Shown: positions 1 to 12,420 of the stretch, piece after piece | How the letters are laid out: each line of letters starts with the position of its first letter | Position numbering within the stretch: position 1 is the stretch's first letter | Assembly: GCA_013239625.1 (NCBI GenBank) | Contig: MU054187.1 | Coordinates: 5,405,757-5,469,756 of the forward strand | DNA: 64,000 bases | From: Lama guanicoe | Taxonomy: Eukaryota | Direction of reading: 5' to 3' | The notes under the pieces: generated by a model | The model's input: the letters and a program-made list of their open reading frames with translations, nothing else | Database searches by the model: none | What the model was told of the DNA's origin: nothing | Translations under genes and position numbers: made by a program

Positions 1-330
1 AACCAAGATCTGGGCACTAGGTATGCATGGTTGCTTCAAGGCTCTATTAGTAAACAGAACTATGACATGTATGCTGACCATGTGTACACAAATATGTCTC
101 ATTATTTCTGTAACCATCTGACTGCAGACTGCATCTGTAATAAACTGAACATGAACTCATATTGATGCCATTGATTCTAATGCAGTAAGTGGTTCTTTCT
201 AGAATTTTCCCCTGACTTTTCTGTAAATGCCTTCTCCAACAGTGAGCAATCTGGCTCCTACCAGCCATCACCCATTTATTTATTTGTTTAGTCCCAATAT
301 ATTTATGCCACAGTTTCATAATTTTAAACC
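1..330 (-). mobile_element. Old L1 (L1MC-like) 3' region fragment
   Basis: AACCAAGATCTGGGCACTAGGT and CTCCAACAGTGAGCAATCTGGCTC resemble the reverse complement of L1MC 3' UTRs as recalled; end approximate. Confidence 0.55.
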
Positions 331-856
331 ATACCCCAGAAAGTCATTTTTTGATTATCATTGCAATTTTTTAAAAACTATTTTAAGACTATTTTTGAAA
401 GCCATTTTAGGACAATTTTATTGTTAGGATGTTTCAGTATTTAGGCTTACAGAAAATAATCTGCTTTGTTTAATGGGAGAGTATTTCGGTTTTAGAAAAT
501 CAAGGGTGATTAGCTTTTGTTTTCTTTGATATTACTATCAACACTAACTCAAGTCAACCAGTAACAGTGATAAAATCCTAGAAATCACTACAATTATCAC
601 AAATAACAGAGTTCTGCCATTTGAAGGCCATGCTTTAACAAGATGAACAGCTTATGTGGCATTCACCAATGCTGTTTTGAAAGATAACAGCTTCTTAATT
701 ATTACTATTATCTATCAAAAATAGAACAACAGCTTGAAAACATTTAGGAAACACCAGTTTTTTTTCCATTCTACCTATTCCCCATCATATCATCTGTGAT
801 ATGGACTGGGCAGTAAGTTGAATTGGGGATGATATTAGGGGTGCTAGGTTTTACAG

Positions 857-1227
857 TGTTTTAGACTGAATGTTTGTGTCCCCCGAAAATGTGTATGTTG
901 AAGTCCTAATCCCCATTGTGATGGTACTTGGAGGTGAGGCCTTTGGGAAGCAATCAGGTTTAGACAAGGTTATGAAGCTAAGACCTTCATGATGGGACTA
1001 GCGCCTTAATAAGAGAAGCAGGGAGCTCCCTTTCTCCCTCCATAAGCAGGCGCTAAGGAAAGGCCACGTGTGCACACAACTGAAGATGGCAGTCTGCAAT
1101 CTAGGAGGGGAATCCCCCGGCACAATTTCCCAGGATCCAGAATTGTGACAAATAAATGTCTGTTGTTGAAGCTCCCTCCATCCCCCCAGTCTAGGGTATT
1201 TTGTTACAGCAGCCTGAGCTGAGCCCT
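857..1227 (+). mobile_element. MaLR LTR (MLT1A-like)
   Basis: Begins TGTTTTAGACTGAATGTTTGTGTCCCC; has ATAAATGTCTGTTG and ends TATTTTGTTACAGCAGCCTGAGCTGA, typical of MLT1A. Confidence 0.85.
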
Positions 1228-3065
1228 TTGGCAATTCATAAGTTCTAACTAGTTTGGTCATTTATAAATTTTGGATGTTAACAGCTGTTTCATATTATTC
1301 AGTTGCCACTACATATGTGAAATATATTTTCTTGATACTAAAATATCATTATATGTCATTTTTCTTTGGAATCAGGATATCTAAATAATGAAAATGTCAC
1401 TTGCCTGCAGTAGGCTAGATCTGAGGAATTCCAAGTACAGTCTCACATTATGGTTTCTTCTCCAGTTGTGTGTGTATCAAGCATCCCACCAAATAATCAG
1501 CCCAAGTGAAAATATCACATAAAGCAAGAACAATGGATGCTTTTGTCTTGGCTGAATTAGCAGATTGTATTTTCCAGGAGCTGACTCATATGACATTTTT
1601 GCAATGTAAGCAGCTGAGAGTTTAATAAGCTCCTTCCTGATAGTGTAGCTTTTCCAACACATGTGACGTACTCAGGTACTTGAATATCAACAAATTTAAA
1701 CCTAAATCATGTTTTTAAAACGACATTAAGTGATTCAGTCTTTGCAGACAGAAGTTGAAGGCTTTATTTTCACACACACTCTGTTGCATTACAGAATGAC
1801 AGCATCGCTTAGCAAGAGTCATAGACGCTCTTTTGGAAAATTCACTGCGTAAAACATGGTGACATTGAGGATATTTTATTACAACTAAAGGTAAACCTCA
1901 AGAACAAATAAGTAGATCCCATATTTTTGCCTGTGAGTGATTTTTGTGTAAAAGTAAGTTGATGTTATTTTGTACTGTTACCATGGCCAACACTAGCTGA
2001 ATGGTTAGGTGATGGCAAAGTTGACTTGTCATTTCTTCTTGAAACGACCCAACAAATCAGATAGCTATTCCATTATTTTATATTTCTGAGTTTTAGGCAG
2101 AAATACAGATCCAGCTTTAAGGGTAATTATTTGACTTCACAAAACATAAAAAATATAGCATTTATAAATATAAAATTTGTACAAAGTAAAGACATATCAT
2201 AAGTTTTAAAAAACACATTTTGGCATTTCCTGATGTTAACTGAGTAGACATACTTCAAGTAGAATATTTTTAAAATGATCAGTATAGGACTTGTAGACTT
2301 CCTAATCAATGATTTTTTCATCAGAAGTTACAATTATTGCACAGAAAGAGTCATATCTATTCCCTATCATTAGATAACTTGGTTGTAGTTATTATATTGG
2401 CAGTTCTCGGGGGGGTAAATTTTGGTATATATTATTTTTTAATGTAATTTTTGGTTATAGATTTTAAACACTGTTTAAAAATGCAATTTAAGTGGAACTT
2501 GAATATAATGTTTGGAGGGCCTTGAAAACTTCCATAGAACTCCAGAAATTCATGGTCCAGACTTTGAAAACTACTTGAGTAATGAAGTCCAGATACCTGA
2601 GCCACTTTACAAACCCATTCACACTCTGAGCCCTGCCTCACAGTTGGTCTCATCTCCTCGGACTCACCCTGCATGCAGAGCCCTGTCCAGCCGTGGCATT
2701 TTCTTGGACCCTCCATGTTTTTTTCCACTTGCATAGCTTTGTGCCTGTTCTTCCTTATGCTGGGAATGTTCTCCTTCTCTGATCTTCTTGGTAACCACTT
2801 ATGCTTCTTTGTTAAATTTACAGCAAGTCTTAGCTCAAAAGCCTGTTCCTTTGGGAGGTCTCTGATTTCCCCTGTCAGAGTCAGGTGGTTTTATACTCAG
2901 TGTTCCTGCAGGACTTCGTAGCTCTTTCCACTCCTGCAGAGAACCCCTATCCTCTCTCCGCCCATGCCCATTTTTTTTTCATTCTATTTTACTATCTGTA
3001 TGATACAGACAGGGCAGGCAGTTCCATTGGAGATGACCCAGAGGGGTGCCAGCGTGGCCTCTTAG

Positions 3066-3281
3066 TGTTATGAACCCAATGTTTGTGTCCCTCCCAAAAT
3101 GCATATGTTGAAGCCCTAATCCTCAACGTTATAGTGTTTGAAGGTGGGGCGTCCGGGAGGTGGCCAGGCTTAGATGAGGTTATGAGGGTGGGGCCCCAAT
3201 CATGGCATTAGTGCCCTCATAAGAAGAGGAAGTGAGAGAGATCACTTCCTCCTTCCACAAGTAGTCACTAAGGAAAGGCCA
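3066..3281 (+). mobile_element. MaLR LTR (MLT1A-like), 5' half only
   Basis: TGTTATGAACCCAATGTTTGTGTCCCTCCCAAAATGCATATGTTGAAGCCCTAA aligns by eye with 857-1070 and stops after AAGGAAAGGCCA. Confidence 0.8.
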
Positions 3282-4056
3282 AAATTAATTCCAAGATTAA
3301 TGATATTTTCAGAGTTTAGATATCTTGATTCCCCAAACATCTTGCTGCTTTCAACACACGCACACACACAATGAGTGGGACATGTCTGATGTCTGCAGCC
3401 CTTCAGCAAGGAGAAGGTCGGGCTGACCTGCTTGGTCAGAGTCTGATGCTGATTGAGCTGCATTTTAGCAGTGGACACGTTAGAAGATGATTCATGTCCA
3501 CTCTTCAGCCTCACTTTTCTTGTCTCACATCTGTGAAGCAGGCCTGTAGCCTTTGCAGATGTGGGCACCTGGGGCCAGTCATTTATCTACAAGGTTGCTT
3601 CATTCTTTGGTGCACAAAATCTGTATTGACAGTGCCTGAGGTCTTAGCTGATTACTGCAATACGGTTTACAAAAATCCCTACATCTTGGGGGTTCTGAAG
3701 TACTTGCCCATATTAATAAAATTCTGTCTCATTTTTTATTTTGCTTGCCATCCCTTCTTGTATATGCCATGAACCAAAAATCTGAAGGAAATAGGATATT
3801 GGGATTGAGGCATATCAAACGTGTAACACGATGGATGCTCCCATTCACCAAGGTGTCCATCTCCTCCACTGAGCTGTTAGCTTCTGGAAGAGCAGCAGGG
3901 TATCTTGAGCCCCAATGGCCTGTACAGGCACAGGCAGAGAGCAGAGCATGTAGCCAGGGTGCACTTAACACATGTATGCCCAACATCCCCCTGGTGGAGA
4001 CTGGCCTGTGGAGACAAGAAGTGAACTGGAAAGGGAAAGAAAGAGACGAGATCCTA

Positions 4057-4300
4057 GTAGCACAAGTAGTGGTTAGTAGTAAAGATGCTGGAGCCAGACT
4101 AACCAGCTTGAAGCTCAGTTCTAATACCTTGCTAGCTGTGGTACCTTGAGAAACTTACGTTCTTCCTCTCAGTTTCTTTGTCAATAAAATGGGAATAGTA
4201 ATGGCATCTACCACAGCTTTAAGGGTATTACATGAATTAGAGCTTATAAAACAACTAGAAGAGCATGTGGCCCATACTAAGCATTACACAAATGTTTGTT
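4057..4300 (+). mobile_element. MIR SINE
   Basis: CTGGAGCCAGACT head, core CTCAGTTTCTTTGTCAATAAAATGGGAATAGTAAT, tail AAATGTTTGTT. Confidence 0.8.
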
Positions 4301-6703
4301 CATTCAATCAACCAATCCGTAGGATAGTTAGGGGATATTGCAATAATACGGATGGCTTGAACCTAAATCATGACGTGAGACTGGGCGATTGGAGGGATGT
4401 TATTAAAGGGGAAGAGATGCTTGTCGCTTTGACCTCTTTTGCATTAATGCGCTCCGGCGTTCCATCCATAAAGCTGATGTGGTTGTATTAGCTTCTGTAA
4501 ATTTAACCTTCCAATGTAAGGTTATGGCTTGTTTCTCTCTTTACGGCACTCAGAGAGGGAGACCATTTGATCTCGGTCCCTGTTGGCCCCCATTTTCCTA
4601 TAACATGGTTGTGGATAAGTGTGATCTTTGTGCCAGGTTATTTAGAAAGAAACTTTTTGAGCCAGTCATATTGGAAAATTCAGAAAACATTTTAAATATC
4701 TTCACATCTGAGAAAAGATAATTTTAGATTCACAGATGTAACAACTATATAGTAACTAAATAATTTTAGTTATATAGATGTAAAACTGTGTGGTGATTAG
4801 TGTCTGTTTTTAGTATGGCCCATAGATAAATCTAGTAGCTATGAGTTCAGATCAGAATAACATAAACAAGCTAACAAGAGACTTTTGTTGCCCTAAGCCA
4901 GGGTACATATGATGTCTTTATGCCATTTATGAATTGCAAAAAGGCACCCCTTCTGGGAGGATGAATGAGAGGAAGGCAGGCCTTCTTCCTGGCCGACGTC
5001 GCTTGCCAAGCCAAGCTGGGCTGCAGAGCAGTGCCTCTTCACCCTGACCCGGGGACACGTGTGCAGGGCACAGACTGCCAGCCACATACAGGGACCCTGC
5101 TAAGTTTTTATCACGGGAGATGAGAAATTGTTTGTGACTAGCTCTGCCTTGCTTTGAGTCAGGTTTTGACATAATTTGAATCTGTTCATTAGAAAATTGG
5201 TGACATTACTTTGAGTGATCATGAAAAAATACAGAAATTAGAAGGTGAAGATAGGTTAAAAATCATTTATTGGGTGCTCTCAATATCCCTGGCACTGAGC
5301 TAAGGATCTGAATTTGCAACTGAAAACAGGAAATCACAGCTCAAGCATTTATTTTCTAGTTTAAAAAAATTTTAAAGGAAAACAATTCCTCTTATCTTAA
5401 ATAACAATTATGAAGATTAAGGAATGCAGACCAAAACGTGCGAATCCTAAAGTGCTTTTTAAAAATGTAACTCTCCATTTTTAATAATTTAGGAATTATT
5501 ATTTTGAATATAGATAAACAGAAATAACAACATCAACAAAAATAATGCATTTTTTTCTAACAAGAAAAGAAGTGGTTCAGTGTCATGTTTGCTTTAGAAA
5601 GTGATATCATTTAAGCCTAATTATTTTACCCACTTACAAAAATTATGATTCTTTAGATCAGGTTAAGAACTCTATCTTTTTAATGTGATTTTTTAAATCC
5701 TGAATTACCAACTTGCTTTACGGACCTACATTCTTTATGTCTCCATTTACCTTGGAGAGAAAAGGAGATACAAACTTATCTATGCCACTTTCATCCAAAC
5801 AATAAACTGAACACTTTTTATTTTCAGGTTGAAAGTGATATGGGTACTTTAAATATGCATTTTAACAGAATGACAGTGTCTCTTCGTATAATAATATTCA
5901 GAGGATTCTTTTTCCCTTTATTTACAGTTTGTAGATTCCCACAGTTAAGTCATAATTTTCTAATTTGATCAATGAAACATAGTGTTTAATTAATCAACAT
6001 TTGAGTTTCTTGATTTCTGGCTACTATATATACATTCGGTCCCAGCTAAAGAGAGTGCACTGATTTCTGAATGGCGAATAAACAATACAAAATACATATT
6101 CATTTTGTGTGTTTGCAAATACTTGTTGATGTGAATTACCAACTTCGTTTGCTTCAATGATGATTTTGTTTTTTTGAATGGCTCACCAAGTTTATTAAGG
6201 ATCCAAGATCTATGTAACCATCCGTTCTTCAGTACGTTGGCTTTTGTTTTTCAATTTCTCATTTTTATTTCATATTTACATATATGTATTCACATTTAAA
6301 CCCCATCTCTTCAGGCTGTGTCCATAAGGGTTTTTATCGTGCACTCCACATGCAACATATTTCAACAGATTTTTCACACCAGACCTGAACTGTAAGCACA
6401 TAAAATTTTTGTGAACTGGGCTGTAAAATATCAGAAACAACACACTCTATCCAAGCTGACAGCTGATATCTGATCTGAAAATAGTGCATTTTCCTTCAGA
6501 TGTTGGTATCCTGTCACTTTGCATTGCATTGATATAAACAGCTATACAAGAGGACAAATTACTCTGAAAAATAAAATCTTTTATAAATACAGCAACTAAA
6601 AAAGTAAACAAACAAAAATCAAGCCTGTTTCCGTGTTTTTAATAAGTGAAGTTCTGCCTGACTCCGTGCGTGGGACAATCCGTTGCGAACGTTTACAGAA
6701 TGA

Positions 6704-6863
6704 CGCAGGAGTCTCCCACTGCTGCTCTAACGAAGTGCCACACATTTAATGGCTCAAAGCAACAGAAATTGGTCTGGAGGTCAGAAGGCCAACGTGGGTC
6801 TCAGTGGGCTCAAACCAAGGTATGTGGACAGGGCTGTGTTCCTTTTTGGAGGTTCTAGGGGAA
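6704..6863 (-). mobile_element. MLT1C-like LTR, left part (interrupted by MER21)
   Basis: TGCTGCTCTAACGAAGTGCCACA...TCTGGAGGTCAGAAG...GGAGGTTCTAGGGGAA matches the reverse MLT1 pattern. Confidence 0.75.
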
Positions 6864-7603
6864 TGTGGTATAATAAAAAAAAAGTTTAGTATTTGTTCTT
6901 AGTTCGTGGTTCAGCGCTCTTAAAAGCCTTGGAAACTCCTGAGTGACCAGCCTGTCTCAGTGCTGTTGAGATGACTCTGGCCTGAGATAAATAGCTTTGG
7001 GATGAAGGCTGGTCACCAGAAAAACCAAGCCACGGTGAGAGAGTTGGGATTTTAGCCCCACCCACCCCAATCTGGAGCTGGAGCTGGATTCCAATTGCTA
7101 ATGGCCGATGATATAATCAAGCGTGCCTACCTAATGAGACACCTATAAAATCCCCTAAACGATGGCTTTGGAGGGTTTCCAGGTTGTGGGAGAGGGCATG
7201 GAAGCTCTGAGAGCCCCCCTCCCCACACCCTTCCCTGTGCTGCTCTGTCACCTGGCTCTTCTTGAGTTGTAGGCTTTATAATAAACTGATAAGAGTAAGT
7301 AGTGTTTCCCCGAGTTTTGTGGGTTCTTCTAGCAAATTACTGGACCTGAGGAGGAGTCATGAAGCCGTGAATTTATGGTCAGCCCGGCAGGAACGTGGGC
7401 GGCCTGGACACTCCGTTTGCAGCCGGTGTCTGAAGTCGGGGCCGTCTCGTGGGACTGAGCCCTCCGTCTGTGGGGTCTGTGCTAACGCTGGGAGTTGGGG
7501 TCAGAACTGGATTGAAATGTTGGACACCTGGTTAATGTTGGGAAACTGGAGAACTGGAGTTGGGAGGGTACCATGTGTTTGGTGTCGGGGAACAAACCGC
7601 TCA
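6864..7603 (+). mobile_element. MER21-like LTR nested in MLT1
   Basis: TG...CA ends; GGCTGGTCACCAGAAAAACCAAGCC; TATAAAA near 7144; AATAAA near 7280; GTGGGACTGAGCCC motif. Confidence 0.75.
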
Positions 7604-7951
7604 TTGAGCATCCAGTTTCTTACCTTTTTCAGCATTTTAAGGCCTCCTGCTTTCCTTGCCTCATGGCCCCTTCCATCTTCAAGCAAGCAATGCCTGGCTT
7701 AGTCTTCCTCGGATCACATAACCCTGACACCGACTCTTCTGACTCCTCCTTCACATTTAAAGGACTCTTGAGATTACCTTGGTCTCACTGAATGACCCAG
7801 GGTAACCTCAGTTAAAGGTCAGCTGTTTAGCAACTGTCATTCCACCTGCCACCGTAATTTCCTCTTGTCATGTCATGTAACATACTCACAGGTCTGGGGG
7901 GTTTAGGCTGTGGCTGTCTTTGGCGGGGGGGACACTGTTTTATAGACTACA
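7604..7951 (-). mobile_element. MLT1C-like LTR, right part
   Basis: Resumes CATCC...TTCCTTGCCTCATGGCCCCTTCCATCTTCAA and ends GGGGGGACACTGTTTTATAGACTACA. Confidence 0.75.
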
Positions 7952-8109
7952 AATGGTGATAGCAAGGAGAGCACTCTTTCAAGGCAAAATCATCTGATAA
8001 CCTAAACATTTAATGGATTACATAAATGTCAGGAGGTTGTCCAAATTCTTTTCTGATGCTGGAATTTTGGAAGTTTGATAGATCAAATGAATACGTGAAT
8101 ACATCAGAA

Positions 8110-8310
8110 AGGAAGCCCGTCTGCTGCACAGGCAGGAAACTAGGCTGCTGGCGCTCGCTCTGCTTCGCTCTCACGACCGTGGGCAAATCATGCCGACACT
8201 CCGAGCGTCCTCATCAGCGGGAACGAGAGCTCCAGTCATGATTCTGAGTCGTTGAGAGAATAAAACCAAATAATGTGCGTGAAAATATACTGGAAGCCCT
8301 ATAATGCCAG
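8110..8310 (+). mobile_element. MIR SINE, unusually CpG-rich
   Basis: GACCGTGGGCAAATCA...CCTCATC...GTTGAGAGAATAAAACCAAATAATGTGCGTGAAA follows the MIR layout. Confidence 0.6.
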
Positions 8311-8719
8311 CCATACTTTATGTTACAGAAATATGCCAGTAGCTTGAACTTAGCCAACTTGTAAAACAAGGCTGTTGGTTATTATAACACTCTTTGCTAT
8401 ATGGCTGTTTAGACGGCAGGACCAGTAAAAGCGAAGACACAGCCCTCAAAACAAATGTTTCCCCAATAAGTGCCTTATATTCCCTGCCCCTACACCCCCA
8501 TCCCGCATCTTCACACTTGCAGCCTTCCTGCCCCAGTCAGATTTGAGAAGAACATAATTGAAAGAAAGAAAACTTTGGAAAACGGCAGAGGCATGAAAAT
8601 AAGAGGACTTTACGCAGCCACTATCTTTTTTCCCCACAGAGAGAAAGGAATGATGAGAATTTAATAAGAGTCTTTAAGAATTTGAAGCCATATAGCACCC
8701 TCCTCCCAAATGGTGACAA

Positions 8720-8860
8720 AATAAGAAACAAGCGTAAGGATAAGAGATTCGGTTTAGACCTTAAAAATAACTTCCAAAAATGCAAGTCAGTAATGGTTGA
8801 AATGGGATGCTAAAAGAAGTTTTATATTTTCCTGCTTTAGAGGTCTTTTGAAGAAAGGGA
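8720..8860 (+). mobile_element. CR1/L3-like fragment
   Basis: GAGATTCGGTTTAGACCTTAAAAATAACTTCC...TAGAGGTCTTT resembles the L3 3' end. Confidence 0.4.
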
Positions 8861-10049
8861 ATGAAACTATTCTTACATTCAGTGAGCAGTAAAGGGCTTT
8901 AAGTATCTCTGACTTCATTTGAAAGGTAACAAAAGTAGGTCCTTATGGAAGAAACATTTTCCGGACCAAAATGGATTTGGTCTTTTTTAGAATGATTTTT
9001 GGCTATACTTGAAATTTTATTTTGCAAAATAAACTTGATAACCTGGCAAACCCTCTTGTGATTTTGGTTGGAATTACTTCAAATTTAAAGATTATGTGTG
9101 GGACAGGTAAATTTCTATATGAGTGTTGCAATCTGATGACCTGGTGCAGCTCTTCACTTACGTGAGTTCTCCTTAATGTCCTTCAATGACCTTTTATATT
9201 GTGCTTGCAAGTTCTTATATCACTTCAGGGTTATTCCTCTTTTTAATTGATACCATGAACATTTTGCTTTTTCATTTTTCATAAAATGTAACATACAGTA
9301 AATAAAGAGCAAATAAAACACCTGTGATGGGATAACAAGATAGCAAGCATATCTAAATATCTTCTATTCGACTATACATCAACTGAAAAAAAAACCAAAC
9401 ACTATTTGCCCAGCCAGTGCACAGCATACTGACTGACAAAAACCAACAACAAACACACACAAAAACCCCTTCTGTTCTGTGTCTTGTCTCTGCACTGCTC
9501 CTTTGCAGTGAGATATTATTCCTGCCATCTAACTAGTCCGTACTCTGTTGATTTGAGGTGTGAACTTCCTTGGCCCTGCACTGCTTTATTGTTCAATTTG
9601 TTGGTGGATAATCTGGGTGGGCTCTTGGAAGATCAGCAGCAGAACTGTCCAGCCCTATGGTGCTGGGGGCCACTTAACTTTCAATTCATCTAAACTTATC
9701 CACATTAAAATGATACATTTTGATCCAGAGATGAATTTTAAAAGCTGCAGTGGGCGTTCTTTAGACATAAGTAATTGAAGCTCAACAGTTCAGTCATGAA
9801 AGAGAAATTCTGTGATCCAGTGAGGACCACCTGAAGCCACCTGCTTGGCTGTCTCACTGGATTCAGTCCTAATGATGGGGACTGGTTTGGAAAGCTACAA
9901 CACCCTCATAATCTTTTGAGGATGGCCTAGGCAAATTAGCCTCATCTGGAACTCAGGATGGAAGGGTAAAACTCCACACCTTAGATGTTAGAAAAGGAAA
10001 AAAGTGGACTATATTTATAAATTGAATTTATATACATTTATAAATTTAT

Positions 10050-10560
10050 ACATGATAAAAATGTTAACAGATAAAACATAGATGTGGGCAAAATATGAAT
10101 TTTCTCTACATGTGAAGGGTTCATTTGGATATTACAATAGTATTGGTACTAATCAAAAAGATACAAAATAGAACAAAGGACAAAGACAGGAAGAACACAT
10201 ACAAAGAATCAACCAGCAACTAAGTTAATGCTCAAAATTCACCAGTGGTCAGATGAGAAAAAAATTATAAAGTACTGTAAGATTTATAACCACTGCTGAT
10301 GTCAAGAAAAGGCAATTCATATACAACACAGCAGAAATATAAAGAGTTACAGATTTCTTACTAAAATTTATATTATCTAGACTTCAGTTAGAAATTACTC
10401 TATTCCAACTTGAGAGGACATTAAAAAGGATGTTTAATTTCAGCCTTGCTGATGGTGACCAAGAATTGGAACAATCAATAAGGGAATGGTGAATAAATCA
10501 GGATACACGCACAATATGGAATATTAAGCAGCCTTAACAAAAAATATGAGAAAAGCAAAG
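10050..10560 (+). mobile_element. Degraded L1 (L1ME-like) 3' region
   Basis: A-rich; GGAACAATCAATAAGGGAATGGTGAATAAAT...ATGGAATATTAAGCAGCC motifs. Confidence 0.5.
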
Positions 10561-11203
10561 AGAAGAGAATTTACATGATGTCTAATTTTTCCAAAATTAG
10601 ATATGATTAAATGTCTATATTATTAGATACAGTCAAATTTCATGCTCTAATATCCTTAGCAGGAGATGGAAACTATGGTACTGATATTAGGGGAGGCCTT
10701 ACATCTTCCCCCCAAAAACACAAAATAACAATAAGAGCAGGTATACTATGACCCCATTTAACACATCTACACACCGCGGTGACCCAGAGGCACACCACTT
10801 CAGGGGAATGCAGTGGAGGTGGCCCTCTCAGATACGTAAAAATCTATTTATTTGTGTATACATACATAACAGAAAGCACAAATGGATAGCCATTAAAAAG
10901 TTAATATTGGTTATCTTTATCACAGGATTGGAGATTCCAAGTCGCCTTTATTTTTTTCCCTTATATAATATATATTATTCAATTATTTTAAAATGATGTC
11001 TGTTATTTATATCTTTAGCAAAAAAAAAAACCCAACAAACAAAATAACAATTTTTATAGGGGAGTGGGGAAGAAATGATAGCTACTATAAATGCCACACC
11101 TTGAGCCCTTTCCTCTTTGAACTGTCAGTTTACTCTCAATCCCACATAAGGATGCTTTCGTTTCTCCCTTTCTGGAGTTCAGACTATCACAGCTACACCT
11201 CAC

Positions 11204-11382
11204 TCTCCTGATGGTCTTCCTCCTAAAACGAATTTTGTCTTCATGACTGGTTGTTGGCACGGCTTGTAATCCCGTATCTGGCGTGCATCCCGTCCAGGAG
11301 GACGAGCTCCCTGTCGGCACGCCTTCTGTTGTACCCTCTCGGCCAGCCACGTGGACGTGTAAGGGGGTGACTTCGGAGCCAT
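11204..11382 (-). CDS. Candidate internal coding exon of an unidentified gene (179 nt, phase 1 to phase 0)
   Basis: Acceptor tttaccctctgacctcag| and donor AGA|gtgagg. The frame (x)GSEVTPLHVHVAGREGTTEGVPTGSSSSWTGCTPDTGLQAVPTTSHEDKIRFRRKTIRR is open throughout. It is GC-rich with about 12 CpG in a non-repeat, AT-rich setting. Confidence 0.5.
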
Positions 11383-12199
11383 CTGAGGTCAGAGGGTAAA
11401 TTTTAGCTTTTCAGTTTTGAAGCTGTTGATCTAAGCGGTCAAAAGAAGATACTGATGATCATGTCCATTTGGGGAAAACATCCAACTGTAGGTTAACCTT
11501 TATTGCTTTGAGCCATAATATTGGCAGGATATATGCCTCACATCCCTATCACTAAACAAGTAATCCTTCATTAAATCTAAAGTGAGTAGGACTGTGTAAT
11601 CAAGAGCTGTAAAGAGTTTATTTTCTTCGCCATTTTTGTTGGTGTTTAATAGCACATCTGTGGCCAGTTTTATTGTTTGAAACATTTTCATAAGACGTTA
11701 CTTAAACAGAAAATTGATGGTAATGTGGTTATCTAAATTATCCAGCCATTAGATCTGTTTTAAAATTTTGCACAGAGAACACTATTTTAGCAAAATTAAA
11801 TAGAGAAAATTGTGGCAAAACACGCAGCAACAATTTATTTTGCAAAGCAGAAAGCGTATAACTGCTCTCTAATTACTAGCCTTTGAGGCATTTACAGCTA
11901 AATTAAAATCATCATTAGCTGTTAAATGTGTTTGCTTTGATTAGTTCCTGTTTTATGAGGTTTCAGGCAGAAGTAATTTTGCGGTATTGTTATTAATGAA
12001 TTTAATGTTAAGTAGAAAAAAAAAACACTTTTGTTATCTGACAAGTATCAGCTCTGGAATAATCAGTTTAAATTTTGTCAAGAGTCACAGAGATCCCCTG
12101 CAATATATTACCAGGTATTGAAAGTCATCATTTTCAAAGGAAAAGATATCTTCAAAGATAGCGAAATGGAAAAACGGAAAATAGAGCCTTCATCCCTTA

Positions 12200-12420
12200 A
12201 CCACTCTAGCCCGGGAATACAGTTACATTCTGGAAAGCACAGACTGCCCGGTTCACAACTGTCTCTCATCACTGTTAATTCGGACCAATCTCTGACCTAC
12301 ACTTGAGGTTCTTCTTTTATAAAAATGGAGATAGTAACTTCTTTCATAAAGGATAGTTTTAAGGATTAATAAAATATTGTTTGTTAAATGGCACAATGTC
12401 TGGGACATCCATTCAGTAGG
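12200..12420 (+). mobile_element. MIR SINE
   Basis: CTGGAAAGCACAGACTGCCCGGTTCA...TATAAAAATGGAGATAGTAAC...AAGGATTAA. Confidence 0.6.

Noticed and set aside
3407..3586. Minus-strand open segment INDWPQVPTSAK...TLTKQ as a coding exon
   Set aside because: The acceptor lacks a pyrimidine tract, the donor is weak and the peptide is unrecognised
6157..6240. ATGATGA as a C/D snoRNA C box
   Set aside because: No D box (CTGA) or terminal stem at a suitable distance
7262..7702. Longest ORF (146 aa)
   Set aside because: It lies wholly in MER21/MLT1 LTR sequence and crosses their junction
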